From: Octopus sinensis
Lineage: Eukaryota
Reading direction: 5' to 3'
NCBI RefSeq assembly: GCF_006345805.1
Contig: NC_043003.1
Coordinates: 50,096,001-50,160,000, forward strand
DNA length: 64,000 nt
Both the position numbers and the translations under genes were made by a program. Below, piece by piece: positions 27,841-41,507 of this stretch. Below the pieces are notes generated by a model. The model was not told where the DNA came from, searched no databases, and saw only the letters and a program-made list of their open reading frames with translations. Position 1 is the stretch's first letter; each line of letters starts with the position of its first letter.

Positions 27841-28238
27841 CAAGAGTTAAGGAACGGAGTAGAGAAGATCAGTTACATATGTTTCATAGCGAACGGAACC
27901 TTAGAAGTGGTAAATATCCAAGCTAGGTGTATACCGTTGGCTACTCATCCGGTCAAAGATATCTTGACTAAATGAAAGTTTACATTGTCGCTATGAGGTA
28001 CTTGTTAACACATGGAATATTCTCCACTCTTATTGTGCTCTCTACACATTCTGATAGCTTCTTCCACGTGTTAAGAAGTGCCTCCTTGTGGCATTGAAAA
28101 CCTACATTCAATCAAGATATCCTTGGCCTGACAAGTAGCCTGGCGTATACACCTCGCTTGGATATTTACCACTTCTGAGGTTCCGCTCGCTATGAAACAT
28201 GTAGCCCAGAATTTATCTACTGTGTTCCTTAACTCTTG
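27841..28238. mobile_element. Old fold-back/TIR element with ~175-bp diverged arms and TA flanks
   Basis: TA|CAAGAGTTAAGGAAC ... GTTCCTTAACTCTTG|TA; the two arms give homologous peptides in the ORF track (27706 plus, 28071 minus). Confidence 0.75.
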
Positions 28239-28315
28239 TATACTTATTCGCATACCCGGCAACCTAGGTCACCTAGTGTAAAATATAAATAAGAACTTTC
28301 TTCAGTTTATCATAC

Positions 28316-28366
28316 TTCGATACGAAAAAGTTCACAACCTTCCGTCTCAATAAACCACTATTGTCC
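28316..28366 (-). CDS. Candidate internal exon DNSGLLRRKVVNFFVS
   Basis: Acceptor caactttcag|, donor AA|gtatga; phase 2 to phase 2, compatible with the 29053-29102 exon. Confidence 0.3.
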
Positions 28367-28440
28367 CTGAAAGTTGTCTTTAATATTTACTACGGATTGC
28401 TTGAAGCTAACTTTTTTCCTACACCTCGATCCTTGGATTT

Positions 28441-28485
<45 letters not shown>

Positions 28486-28747
28486 ATAATATTACACATA
28501 TATGCGCGAGTGCGTACATAACCTATAAGAAAGGAGTTCGACTGGTACAGTGGTCTGTGACCCAGAGATCCAAGTAAGCGCTCGTGGTTTTTCAGTCACC
28601 CACCACAAAATCAGCCCCAAATCTCCCATCTGCTTTAAATTTTGTAATGATCCTCTTCCCGTGGTCCGAAAGCAGTCTTGTTTCGTCAAATTTATTACGG
28701 AGGCCCTGTATATACATGGGTATGTATACGTGTACTCGTGTGTGTGT

Positions 28748-28779
<32 letters not shown>

Positions 28780-28800
28780 TGTGTGTATGAGAGAGAGAGA

Positions 28801-28842
<42 letters not shown>

Positions 28843-29052
28843 CGTGGTTTTCAGTGTCTTTCGCCGATTTATATTGGCGACAGACATAAAATCCAGCGAA
28901 AATCAGTACCTGCATCGAATTGCAGGTACTTCCTTGTCAGAAATGCTATGAACAAGTGATTAGCCAGAAGACGCCCAATGGTGATACAAAATATGATTAA
29001 AGAGAGGTTAATAACCCAGTGCAGTACGACAGAAAAGGAGGTGTCATCTTAC

Positions 29053-29102
29053 CCTGTACTAAGCGGCGGGATTGACAGGATGCGAATTTTAGATTTTTTC
29101 AA
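29053..29102 (-). CDS. Candidate internal exon LKKSKIRILSIPPLST(G)
   Basis: Strong acceptor gcatttttgctttgcag| and donor AGG|gtaaga; only one frame is open (phase 0 to phase 2). Confidence 0.35.
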
Positions 29103-29698
29103 CTGCAAAGCAAAAATGCTAACGATTCGACCAGCTGTGTTCTGGCAAGAAATGCTTTCCTTCCACCCATTGGTTCCCGGTTTTAGCTTGGTAAGTTGAG
29201 TCTAAAAGAGATGATGAAATAGTGTAAATAGTTTCACTTGATCAACTTGAAGTAACTCTATCGCTACATATATGTGCATATCTTAAATCTGGATACACAT
29301 TTGGACTCAGTCTCGGCACATTCAGAATAAAGTAGAAGTGACTACATCAATATTGTTATTAGATGTTGATCTGTGTGTCCAGCTTACGGTCGTGCGGTTG
29401 TGAGTTCGATTCCCGGACCAGGCTGCATGTTGTATTCTTGAGCAAGACACTTTATTTCTCGTTGCTCCAGTTAACTCAGCTGTAGAAATGAGTTGCGTCA
29501 TTACTGGTGCCAAGCTGTATCGGCCTTGGCCTTTCCTTTGGATAACGTCAGTGGTGTGGAGGCATGGTATTATGGGCGACTGCTGGCCTTCCATAATCAA
29601 CCTTGCCCGGACTTGTGCCTGGGAAGGTAACTTTCTAGGTGCAATCCCATGGTCATTCACGACTGAAGGGGGTCTCCCCATGTTGATCACAACGAGAA

Positions 29699-29743
<45 letters not shown>

Positions 29744-30641
29744 TGTGTTTGTGTGTGCGTGGTTGAAGTGACAATTTCATTCATATATGAATGAATAAGC
29801 ATTGAAGAATTGGCGAATTGACCGAAATATTGTAGTAATTAACTAAATACATTTTGGCATTTATTTCCTACCCGCGGCCAAATGGCCAAAACATTCGCAG
29901 TGATTGTTCCGTCAGTCTGCACTCTGAGTTCGAATGCACTCAGAGGATAACTTTGCTTTTCATCATTATGGGGTCGATAAAGAGAATACCAATCCTGTTC
30001 TTGACCGATTCTTCTGTACTTCCCCACTTCATTCAGTCTAGAAGAAACCAGCTTATTCACAACATGGAGAGGGATGGGCTTCTCCATGTTTAAAATTGCC
30101 CAAGACAAGTAGTATGCCACAACTGCCCCATTCCCAACGATTTCACCAGGAGTTAAGGGTTGATGGCATAGGAAGCGATGTGCCATACGTTTCGGGGATC
30201 GAATTAATTAGCGGTCTGCTACTCATTAAAAACATTGTTCAAATCTTTTCCTTTGGACCTGTTTCATTCATTGGACTGCTGTCAACTTGGGTACCGCTTT
30301 GAAGGGTACTCATTCTATCGACATCTTTTGATGAACTACTAAGTTACAGGGATGCAAACAAGCCAACACCAGTTCTCAAGGAGAGGTGGTGCGGCACAAA
30401 CAAAAACACAAAGATCTCCTCCTTACACACACACACACAAACACGACGGGCTTAATTCACTTACTGTCTACCAAATCCACTCACAAGGCTTTGGTTGGCC
30501 CGAGGCTATTGTAGAACGCTTGACCTAGGTGCCATGCAGCAGGACTGAGCCCGGAACCATGTGGTTGGGAAACAAGCTTCTTTCCACGCAGCCATACCTG
30601 CGCATGCATATATATATATATATATATATCTTAATATATAT

Positions 30642-30704
<63 letters not shown>

Positions 30705-30709
30705 ATATC

Positions 30710-30784
<75 letters not shown>

Positions 30785-30833
30785 ATAGAATATATATATA
30801 TATATATAATATATAAATATAATAATATTAATT

Positions 30834-30992
30834 AGACAAACCCACTATTTTGCAAAACAAACAAGGAAAGACTTAATCAATACATAAAATTTTAATAAAA
30901 AGTAAAAAAATTAAAAAATTTTTACTTTTTATTCAAATTTTATGTATTGATTAAGTCTTTCCTTGTTTGTTTGCAAAATAGTGGTTTTGTCT
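30834..30992. repeat. 159-bp palindrome next to (TA)n
   Basis: agacaaacccactattttgcaaaac... / ...gtttgcaaaatagtggttttgtct. Confidence 0.9.
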
Positions 30993-31096
30993 CTTTAATA
31001 TTATATAATATTTTACTATAAAATTGGATTAATCCTAAATCTGATTTTTTCCCTGTAAATTTGGATTATTCCCTAATATTTATTATTATATAAATA

Positions 31097-31299
31097 CTGC
31101 AAGGTATCTTGAGCAAGTGTCTCCTATTGTAGCCCCGAGTCGACTAACGCCGCGTGAGGGATTTTGGTAGACGGAAACTGTATAGAAGCCCGTCGTATAT
31201 GCATATAACTGTGTGTGTGTTTGTGCGCGTTTTGTGTTTGTATTTGTACGCCCGCACCATTGCTCGACAACCGGTGTTGATTTGCTTACGTCCCCGTGA

Positions 31300-31302
<3 letters not shown>
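31097..31302 (+). repeat. 206-bp local duplicate of the SINE-B interior at 32409-32615
   Basis: Shares private substitutions (ctgcaaggtatcttgagc, cgcccgcaccattgctcg) with that copy only. Confidence 0.88.
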
Positions 31303-31335
<33 letters not shown>

Positions 31336-31821
31336 GTGTGTGTGTGTGTGTGTGTGTGAATGTGTCAAGTCAAATTGTGGCTGAGTTCTTGTGGTATCAG
31401 TCTATTGACTAGGGCGCCGAGCTGGCAGAACCGGTAGCACGCCGGGCGGAATGCTTAGCGGTATTTCGTCTGTCTTTACGTTCCGAGTTCAAGTTCCACC
31501 GAAGTCAACTTTGCCTTTCATCCTTTCGGGGTCGATAAATTAAGTACCAGTTGCGTACTGGGGTTGATCTAATCGACTAGCCCCCCCCCCTCAACCCGAA
31601 AATTTCGGACCTTGTGCCTAGAGTAGAAATGAATATCAGTATACTGACTGAAACAAGAAGTTGTGTATATCAGCCATGAGAAACGTTTCTCGAGAAGTGG
31701 GCCGCATAAGACGCAGTTTTACCATAAGGCACTACCAAAACAAGCAAACAAAAGAAATTCATTGTAAAATTTTGCTTAGGCCCGTGGTTTGCAGTTTGCC
31801 TATAAAAGCTCTATATAGAGA

Positions 31822-32145
31822 AGGTGTTCCCAACATATTTTATCTATAGACCCTCCTGACTACTATTCTATTCTATAGCCATTCAATGTTTAAAACTAGT
31901 TTTATAGAAATTTCTTCCAAAATTCCGAATTTATACTTCACACATTAACTTGTGTAAGTAAAATGTTAGAGAAAGAAGCCGAGCTGTTTCTTGCAATACA
32001 TGCCAATACATACATCTAAAGGAAAATTCTTTCAGGGTCTCTTAAAATGCTATTGTGGGTCCCTAATTTACTGTTTCGTTACATGGACCTCACAAAAATC
32101 TTATATGGGCCCTCAGGGGCCATATGGACCTCGGTTGAGGATCAC
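31822..32145. mobile_element. Degenerate hAT-like MITE
   Basis: Ends ggtgttcccaac / ggttgaggatcactg; TSD not clear. Confidence 0.4.
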
Positions 32146-32665
32146 TGATACAGTGATAGATGATCTGAAGATTCATAAATTGAAAGGCAGCAGAGAGAGA
32201 GAGGGAAAGGAAGAAAGAAAGAGGGAGAGAGAGAGAGGGAAAGGAAGAAAGAGAGAGAGAGAGAGAGAGAAAGAAAGAAAGAAAGAAAGAGAGAAAGAGA
32301 CAGACAGACAGAGAGAGAGAGAGTTAGTCAGATAGATATACAGGCGCAGGCATAGTTGTGTGCTTAAGAAGCTCATTTTGCAAACCACCTGGTTTCGGTT
32401 TAATCTCACTGCAAGGTATCTTGAGCAAGTGTCTCCTATTGTAGCCCCGAGTCGACTAACGCCGCGTGAGTGATTTTGGTAGACGGAAACTGTATGGAAG
32501 CCCGTCGTATATGCATATAACTGTGTGTGTGTTTGTGCGCGTCTTTGTGTTTGTATTTGTACGCCCGCACCATTGCTCGACAACCGGTGTTGATTTGCTT
32601 ACGTCCCCGTGACTTAGGGTCTTGACAAAACCTGCTAATACAATAAGGACCAGACACAAAATATA

Positions 32666-32716
<51 letters not shown>

Positions 32717-32852
32717 ATATTGGAATCAATTATCTGTTCGACTAAACCTTTGAAGGTTGTGCCCCAGCATGGCCGCAAGCGTATGACTGAAACAAGTAAA
32801 AATAAAAGATAAAATATTAAAGATAAAAGACACACGAAATAGCCAAGCCTAC

Positions 32853-32897
32853 ACAATTCGACAGAGCCAACGTCACTGGTGTGACTATTTCCGCCAT
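32853..32897 (-). CDS. Weak candidate first coding exon MAEIVTPVTLALSNC of a second minus-strand gene
   Basis: ttcaaaATGGCGG start context (overlaps a YY1-type CCGCCATTTT motif); donor TGT|gtaggc in phase 0. No homology recognised. Confidence 0.2.
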
Positions 32898-33585
32898 TTT
32901 GAATACGTTTGCCACCGACTCTGCTCAGGCGGATGATAACCCTGCACTTCTCTTTATTTCCGTTTTTTTTTTCTTTATTTCAAATTTATTTTACTAACTT
33001 CCGTTGAAGAAGAAAAGGCGAAGCTTGTTGTTTGTAAAGATCCCACGCTGTGTATGTGTGTATGTGTGTGTGTGTGTGTCTACTACTTAGCGTCGGATGC
33101 CTGAGGGCTAAGCAGCTTACCTGTCACGGAAATGCCCATTAATTAGTGCGTGCTTTGTGCAAGCACTTCAACTCAGCACCTGAATCCGCCCCTTGATCTG
33201 CCAATATTATTCAGTATTTTAAGGAAACAGGTAGGTAGTGTTAAGAAGTCGCAACCAGTGGCTGATTGTATAAGGTGTAAGGTATCTAGCTGGGAGTTAA
33301 AAATATTCAATGCTTTATTTGAGGACGCAAACTGCAGAAACCTTTAACAGGTGAAAGACTCACGAAATGTACCTCACACATGCACAAACCGCCCGCGTAC
33401 ACACGTATACATTTGAAATGCCATTTCATCAAAGTCTCTCTCCTCGTCCCACCTCGGTTTGTCTGGCTCTTGCTCTTTTTTCTTTCTTTCTTTCCTTCTT
33501 CTTCTTTCCCTCTTTCTTTCTTTCGTCTTTCTTTCTTTCTTTTTTTTCTTTCTTCCTCTCACCTATTTCTGTCTGTCAGTCTGTC

Positions 33586-33647
<62 letters not shown>

Positions 33648-33754
33648 CTCACACACGCATATATATGTATGAATATATATGTGTGTGTGTATTTGTATGT
33701 GTGTGTGTTTGCATGTATACACACATATAATACATATGCAGTATATATGTATGG

Positions 33755-33809
<55 letters not shown>

Positions 33810-33978
33810 AGTTCAGCAAATTTTTAGATTCAGATGAATATGGTACTTAAGTTAAAGGCACCAGAATTTGGTATGGTATTACATTTTAAAATTGACGTAA
33901 TACTTACATTGCTTAATTAAATGAAGTAGCATGAAACGATTGTACTACTCTATCTGCGGATATCCTTGTTGCTTATTT

Positions 33979-34024
<46 letters not shown>

Positions 34025-34094
34025 ATATAAATATATCAGAAAAAGGGATTAAAAAAATCCTGGCAGATATTAAGTAAGCACTCAGTATAAAGGA

Positions 34095-34131
<37 letters not shown>

Positions 34132-34539
34132 ATTATTCAAATTAATAATATGTACGAAAATTTATGTCAACATAACATTATCAAGGTAATCCAAATTGGG
34201 GAAATTCTAACTGAACATCTGAAAAAAATTTAGTTGTTAAAAAATGCTAACAAAAAGAAACGCCAGATCAAATTTAACTTTAGACATTCTTTCATTCAAT
34301 CAAGAGTGACGTCATTGAATAACTAATTTAGTTTATGAAAATAAAATATAAAGTACCATATTGATTCCATATTTTTTGACAATTTTCATATTTTTCAGGA
34401 AAAATAAAAGACTAAAAAATGTGTATATATCGGCAATTCAGCCAATACCAGATTCAAACACATATTTACAGGAACTCTCTTAATTCAAAAAGTCTTATTG
34501 CTTAGTTAGCAACTGGCTTGAACTCCCTCAAGAAAAACT

Positions 34540-35020
34540 TAAATGAAACTCAAATCATTCATACACAAGCATAACATTCTCATAAGATATAGGAATGGAG
34601 TTCGCCTGAGCATGTTTGTCAGTCAAACGAGGAAAAATTATCGATCAGAGAATATGAACACAAATGGCCTGTTTTGACATTTCTTCCGTATCTTCTGCAA
34701 TGGTTTGTTACGAATATCTCAGAAATGACTAGAACATCGCATACATTGACGGTGTAAGCAAAACTAGAGTGACAAAAATATACTTCAGCAGACTCCAGGA
34801 GGTGTGGAAGTCAGAGCTATCCGCATCCACTTATGCCATATTCCACAATGCTTTCGTAGTGTCAATGCTAGTGCCAACATTTTGTATATTAGACTAGACA
34901 CCCAGAGAAACCCGTCACCTAGACATCAGAACGATGAAAATATTAACAACCACTGGTAACTTCTGCATCGACAGCTACATCAATATGCTCGATGTAAAGT
35001 GGGTGGGGGGATAGAGATGG
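34540..35020 (+). mobile_element. R4/Dong-like (RLE-type) non-LTR RT fragment
   Basis: DIGMEF, RVTKIYFSRLQEVWKSELSA, HNAFVVSMLVPTF.ILD*T, LDIRTMKILTTTGNF; degenerate. Confidence 0.75.
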
Positions 35021-35092
35021 AGGCATAAGATCGGTTCAGACGGCCTTTGTGTGCTGCATCGTCTGTGTGTGTGTGTGTGTGGTGTGTATGTG

Positions 35093-35123
<31 letters not shown>

Positions 35124-35499
35124 TTATTCCTTATGTTTCCAAGATTAGGTGAGAGTTTTGACTTACTTGTTAATCTAAGGAAATAAGATGATTTGCTTGT
35201 GTGTACACACACGTACGCGCACACACGTACTTACACACACACGCATATACACACATACACGCACACATAAACACATAAATTGATTATTAATTGGTAAAAA
35301 TTAAAGTGACTCAAAGACCGAGAGTATCGTGTGTTAGCATTTACCAAGCACACGCCAAGTTGCGTCAAATGTTTTTACCGAATTTTCACGGATGATTTAT
35401 GGCAACTTGTTTCATCATAACATTAATATGATACAACCTGTCCAATTGTCACTGAATCGTTTATACACATGACCCTTAATTGCTTTGTTGTTTATTTTA

Positions 35500-36600
35500 C
35501 AGTTTTGATAAAGAGTGGTGGAAAAAATGCAATTAGAGCCATTTTACACTACCTGTAGGAAAATAATTAAAAATAAGCAACTGAGAGCAAAGACAGTGGC
35601 AAAAAAATTAATGACGCGGAATGTACAGCAACTGTCAACAAAACGTGTTACACAAAACCGGCTCAAACGTTTGAAAGAAGTTGACACCAGTCTTTAATAC
35701 AAACCAAGGTAAGGAAGTTCTCTTACTGTGGAAAATAAGTCATTGCTTGAAATTGTTGAATAACATCCAAGAAAAAGTACTTGTACACTTTCGGCACAAT
35801 TTGGTTCTTCACAAAGCATCATCAATCAGCACCTCAAGAAGTTGGGGCCTTGTGAACAGACGATGTCGAGAGGCTCCTCATAAACTAACCAATGACGTGT
35901 GAACATTTGTCAATAACTGTTAACAAATCCTCGAGATGCCCATCTTTGACCTCGAAGCGTACCTGGGGATGAAAAATAGATCTATTTTCGTAATCTTAGC
36001 AAGAGAAATTGGTAGCTTCGATCTGGTCAGGCTTCAGAACTTCTTGTAAAACAAAGGCGGTTTGAACAGAGGGCCATGTTGTGCGTTTGCTAGAATTTCG
36101 AGGAGTATTGCACTTTGATCTTGTCTCAGATGGTTTTTCTCTGAATTCTAACATTTATGCTCAACAACTGCAGCGAGTACATGATGCTTTGAAAGCCAGT
36201 TACTCAGCATTGGTCAATGGAAGACGTACACTCTTACAGCATGAGAGTGTTCCAGCACACACTGCCAACGTGACCAAACGTAAACTTGAGGAATTTGAGG
36301 GGCTGGCTGAGCCAAAAGTCCAGACATTGCACCATCAGATTACCACTTTTTCCGAGTCATAGGTTATTTCCTACACGATTGGCGGTTCAACATTGTGGAA
36401 GAGGTTGAAAACGGGCGCAGGAAGCTTTTCGCTTCTAAACCAGCCAAATGGTATAAGCTTGGAATCGAGTTCCTGGCATAACAATAGAATATGGTAGGTT
36501 ATGATTTAATGAAAAAAAAAAAAAAATGAACTATTATTGTTTGAACCATTAATTACCACTCGAAATACGAAAATATTTTTCATTCAACCTGGTACGTACA
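35500..36600 (+). mobile_element. mariner (DD34D) transposase pseudogene
   Basis: PHKLT, TGDEK*IYF, LLQHESVPAHTA, SPDIAPSDYHFFR; right end ttcaacctggta. An outer ~50-bp inverted repeat lies at 35284-35330 / 36615-36664. Confidence 0.88.
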
Positions 36601-36722
36601 TATCTATCGACTCTCGAAACTCTCGGCTCTGGAGTCACTCTGTTTGCTTTAGCCAATTAATAATGAAATATATGTATATACCTTTGAGTTCTATTTTCTT
36701 GTTTGAATGACCAAACCGAGTC

Positions 36723-36784
<62 letters not shown>

Positions 36785-36824
36785 TATATACATACATATA
36801 TTATACATACATATATATATATAT

Positions 36825-36870
<46 letters not shown>

Positions 36871-36924
36871 ATATATTATATACAATACATACATATATAT
36901 ATATACATACATACATTCATACAC

Positions 36925-36956
<32 letters not shown>

Positions 36957-37527
36957 GACTAGGTTTGGTGATAAATGTGTGTGTGTGTGTGCGTGCGCGC
37001 GTGTGTGTGTATAGTTTTGCAATGTTCTCAACTGCACAGTAATGAAAACAAAAAACACGACAGACACGAGTAAGAGGACACCAAAAGGAAAGGTAATCCT
37101 CACAGCTACTTTTTTTGATATATTTCCACCGGAATATTGCATAACTTTTGATATTCCATTTCCAGCTAAAGATCTAATGCTTGTCGCTAGCGTTACAAGT
37201 CGATGGATAGTCAAATATATCATCGCGTTCTGAGCTTCTCTTCTTCGTTTCTTATATTTGTGTTTATATTCGTTTGCTCTCTTTAGGTTACTTGTCTTGT
37301 TTTCTTTTTTGGTTTTCTATTACTATCACTGTTATGTAAACAAACATTTAAGTCTCTTAGGAATGGCACAATATAACGTACTGTTGGGTTGGGCTTCTAA
37401 TTACATCTACATAAACCCACTTGACGCATTCAGCATATACATAATTCATAGATATTATATGTGTATGTATGTGACTGTATGTGTATATATATATATACAT
37501 ATATATATATGTATATATATATTAATA

Positions 37528-37564
<37 letters not shown>

Positions 37565-37591
37565 ATATATATTATACATATATATATATAT

Positions 37592-37737
37592 AAAACACAT
37601 AGGAAGCCACTCATGGGATTCAACACGCTAGAAAGAACAGCTAGGTTCTATAACCACAAAATTAGGGATAAAATTCGACAAGACCTAGCTGTTCTTCTAG
37701 CGTCTTGAATTCCATGAGTGGATTCCTTATGTGTTTA
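37592..37737. repeat. Inverted repeat, ~55-bp arms with a ~36-nt spacer
   Basis: aaacacataggaagccactcatgg... / ...ccatgagtggattccttatgtgttt. Confidence 0.88.
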
Positions 37738-37844
37738 AATGTACACTGTATTTTATGAGTAATACGTAGTCTTTGGACTAAAATTTTACGCACTAGGCCA
37801 CTGGAAATGAAAATTTCTATTAATTTCCATTTCCCTTCCATATG

Positions 37845-37892
<48 letters not shown>

Positions 37893-37934
37893 TGAGAAAT
37901 TTGGTGTGTGAAAGCACGTGGTTGAATATATAGG

Positions 37935-38086
37935 AAATAGTAAAAGTGAAAAAACTACAGAAGGCTTCAAAAACTATGTCATTGTATGAAAAAAATTTAT
38001 AACATTCTTCTGACATAATGACTCAATAGATATATTTTTTTAACCTTTAAAACAAGCCTTCTGTAGTTTTTCACTTTTTACTATTT
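37935..38086. repeat. Inverted repeat, 33-bp arms with an ~86-nt spacer
   Basis: aaatagtaaaagtgaaaaaactacagaaggctt / aagccttctgtagtttttcactttttactattt. Confidence 0.85.
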
Positions 38087-39656
38087 ATATATATATATAT
38101 ATTATATATATATAATATATAATATATATATATATAATATATATAATATACATATATATGTATGTGTCGCCTTTACCTCCGAAACGCGGAGTAGATGAAA
38201 CAGAGGCGGCTGAAGAAGGTGAATGTTCCTTTTATTGTATGTCCTGTACTCTATTTTTTCGTTGTTTAAGAAAAATCTCCATTTCCTTTGGTTTTGTGTT
38301 TATGTTTTCGTTTCTCATGTGTTCGTTCGACGACGTTTTTTTGGTGTCCTGTACCCAAATATGCATATATATATATATATATTATATATATATATATATT
38401 ATATATATATATACATATAGATGTAGCGTACATATATGCGTTTATATATGTATATGTTTTATTTATTAATTTGTTATGTATATGTATATATATATATACA
38501 AAATGAGAAAATGGAGAAATATATCTAAATCAATCATCATATATATATATATATATATGCACCTGCGTGTGTATCGTTTAGTGTAATAACTGTCACATCC
38601 TCATGATGGTTTAACGCCAGTGTCTGAGTCGCTGTACACAGCATACACATAGATTTTTGAGGACTGTTTTTTTCTCTAAATGAGTGCTGTTGTCTCTATG
38701 TGTGAAGATTTTGTTGACACATGGCGAGACAGCAACGTTTTGCGGCTGTATCGCTGGGATTGCTAACTTGTACTTACCCGCCCCCTTGCAATCTCTTTCT
38801 AACATTGTGCCATTTGTGTCACATATGGAGCTTTGTGGCTTAGACAGAGCAAGAAATATTTTGTTGGCTTCGCTGCCATGCTAGCAAAAGATTACCTGCT
38901 CGTGAAATCGTCCCTACCATTTATTTTTGTCGCCATCTTTGTTATTGTTGTTGTTTCCGCTGCCGTTGTTGTTATTGCAGCTGCTGCTGTCTTCTTCTTC
39001 TTCTTCTTCTTCTTCTTCTTCTTCTTCTTCGCCTCTTCCAATCAGGACTCACGCCATTAGCCACTAAGAATAATCTCTAATTCGAGCCTACTCCAAGCTA
39101 CTAAGAATGCGTGTGGCAACTTGAAGATCCACCTACCACACGCGATAGACTGGCGGTTGCACGGGCGCGAAAGCTACGTTGTTATCCTCATTCCGTAAAC
39201 GGTGACTTTTAACGGGTGGAGAGCTGAACCATCCTGGGGTACAGAGGATTCGCAATCTAGACTAGGGTCTGAAAGTTTACCTCACCATAGAGGGTTACAC
39301 CATGGTTCCTCTGCTTTGTGGCAGAAGTAGGAAGAAAGACTGAGAGAAAGCGCCGGATCCACGTGGAGCTTAGGTATTTTTGCTAAATAAACACTCACTA
39401 TGTCTGGTCTGGGAATCGAAACCGCGTTCTTACGACCGCGAGTCCGCTGCCCTAACCACTGGACCATTGCGCCTCCACTGCTGCTGTTGTTGCTGCTGAT
39501 GTTGTTGCTGTTGCTGCTGCTGTTGTTATTAGTGCTGTTGCGGTCACTGCTGTTGTTGTTGTTGTTGTCGTTCCTGCAATTGCTGCTTCTTCTGCTGCCA
39601 TTTTTGCCTGTGTTGGTATTCCCATTGTTAAAAACATTGCTTTATTATTGTTGTTG

Positions 39657-39980
39657 TGAAGGCGCATGGCTCAGTGGTTAGAGCATCGAGCTTACGATCG
39701 TGAGGTCGTGAGCTCGAATCTCGGACCAGGCTGTGTGTTGAGTTCTTGAGCAAGACACTTTATTTCACGTTGCTTCAGTTCACTCAGCTGTAGAAATGAG
39801 TTGCAACATCACTGGTACCTTTGCCTTTCCCTTGGATAACATCGGTGGCGTGGAGAGGGGAGGCCAGTATGCATGGGCGACTGCTGGTCTTCCATAAACA
39901 ACCTTGCCCGGACTTGTGCCTGGGAGGGTAACTTTGTAGGTGCAATCACATGGTCTGTGTCGTGACCGAAGGGGGTCTCA
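39657..39980 (+). mobile_element. SINE-C (tRNA-Arg-like head); second copy at 29378-29680
   Basis: A box, B-box-like gctcgaatctc, anticodon-like ttacgat; body shared between the two copies. Confidence 0.85.
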
Positions 39981-40499
39981 GATTATTGCTGTTATTTCTG
40001 TTGTTATCATCGTTGTCGTTGTTATTCGCGTTCCTGTGCATGCACTACTTCCTACAGCTATCCTTGGCAGCTGTCCTATTAGAATAAAGGGTGCGTAGGA
40101 ATGTAATGTTGCCGAATTAATTTGGTAGTGGCATGAGTCGTTTCTCTCGCTAACTCGTCGCTCAGTCTGATAGAAGGCGTTATTCACTCTATAATTCCAA
40201 CAGTTTAAAAAAAACAAAAGGATGAGAGCAAATAGAAATAATTTCATAAAAATTATTTCCTCTACGAAGCAGTTTGGTAGTCATCCCCTTCACACAGTAA
40301 AGCAAAAGTTCTTATTCGAAGTTTTAACAAAGGCGCAGGATGGATGTGTGGCAAGTACCTTGCTTATCAACCACATGGTTCCGGGTTCATTCCCACTACG
40401 TGGCACCTTGGGCAAGTGTCTTCAACTATAGCCTCAGGCCGACCAAAGCCTTGTGAGCGGATTTCGTAGACGGAAACTGAAAGAAGACCGTCGTATATA

Positions 40500-40553
<54 letters not shown>

Positions 40554-41007
40554 TGTATGTAGTATGTATGTATGTATGTTGTATGTATGGATGTAATGTA
40601 TGTATGTATGTATGTTATGTATGTATGTATGTATGTATGTTGTATGTATGTGTGTGTATGTATGTTTATGTTTTGTGATTGTCCCCCCCCAAATCGCTTG
40701 ACAACTGATGGTGGTGTGTTTACATCCCCGTAACTTAGCGGTTCGGCAAAAGAGACCGATAGAATAAGTACTAGGCTTACAAAGAATAAGTCCTGGGTCG
40801 ATTTGCTCGACTAAAGGCGGTGCTACAGAATGGCCGCAGTCAAATGACTGAAAAGACTAAAAGAGTAAAACAGTAAAGATGATTAAACAAATTGTTTTCG
40901 ATAAAACTTAACATTAGGGAGTTTATGTCTACCACGATAATAATAATAACAATAATAACAACAACAACAACAACAACAACAACTACAACAACAACAACAA
41001 CATAATA

Positions 41008-41044
<37 letters not shown>

Positions 41045-41495
41045 CAGCAAATATTCTGCTGAATACCACAGATTTGCTTGTCACTTGTTTGACCATAACC
41101 AGTTGACCATGTCCCTTAGTGGCTGATGATATGTGCATCTCTGATCACGAGCAGAAGTACTAGGGGAGTATCATAGCGATGTGTTGAGAGGGATTCTTTG
41201 GGGTTTGAATAATTAACCTCTGGAAGCATGGGTGTTTCGTTCAACATCCTTAAACAACCCTTATTCAGGGACCTTTTGAGTGGGATGGGTTACTCGACCA
41301 GAAGAAAATTCTAACTGGGCCCCACCTGCAAGGTCATGTGCTGTTTATCTTGATATGAGATCACCATGTCGCGGACATATGGTTGTGATGCATGTGCCTA
41401 GTGTACCCTTATCAGACTGGTAGTCATGATGGGTATACTGGGCTTTGTATATCTTAACCTAGTGTCACTTTGATGACATGCACTGGTCTCTCACA
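41045..41495 (+). mobile_element. Same retroposon, 5'-truncated copy
   Basis: Colinear with 10570-11020; sits in a trinucleotide tract. Confidence 0.8.
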
Positions 41496-41507
41496 TAATA
41501 ATAATAA

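Noticed and set aside
37745-37795. Hammerhead in the tail of the 37592 inverted repeat
   Set aside because: Both core strands are too degenerate (ttatgag, aaaa).
38160-38245. Permuted hammerhead (ccGAAAcg ... CTGAAGAagg)
   Set aside because: No UH triplet or stem I pairing could be built.
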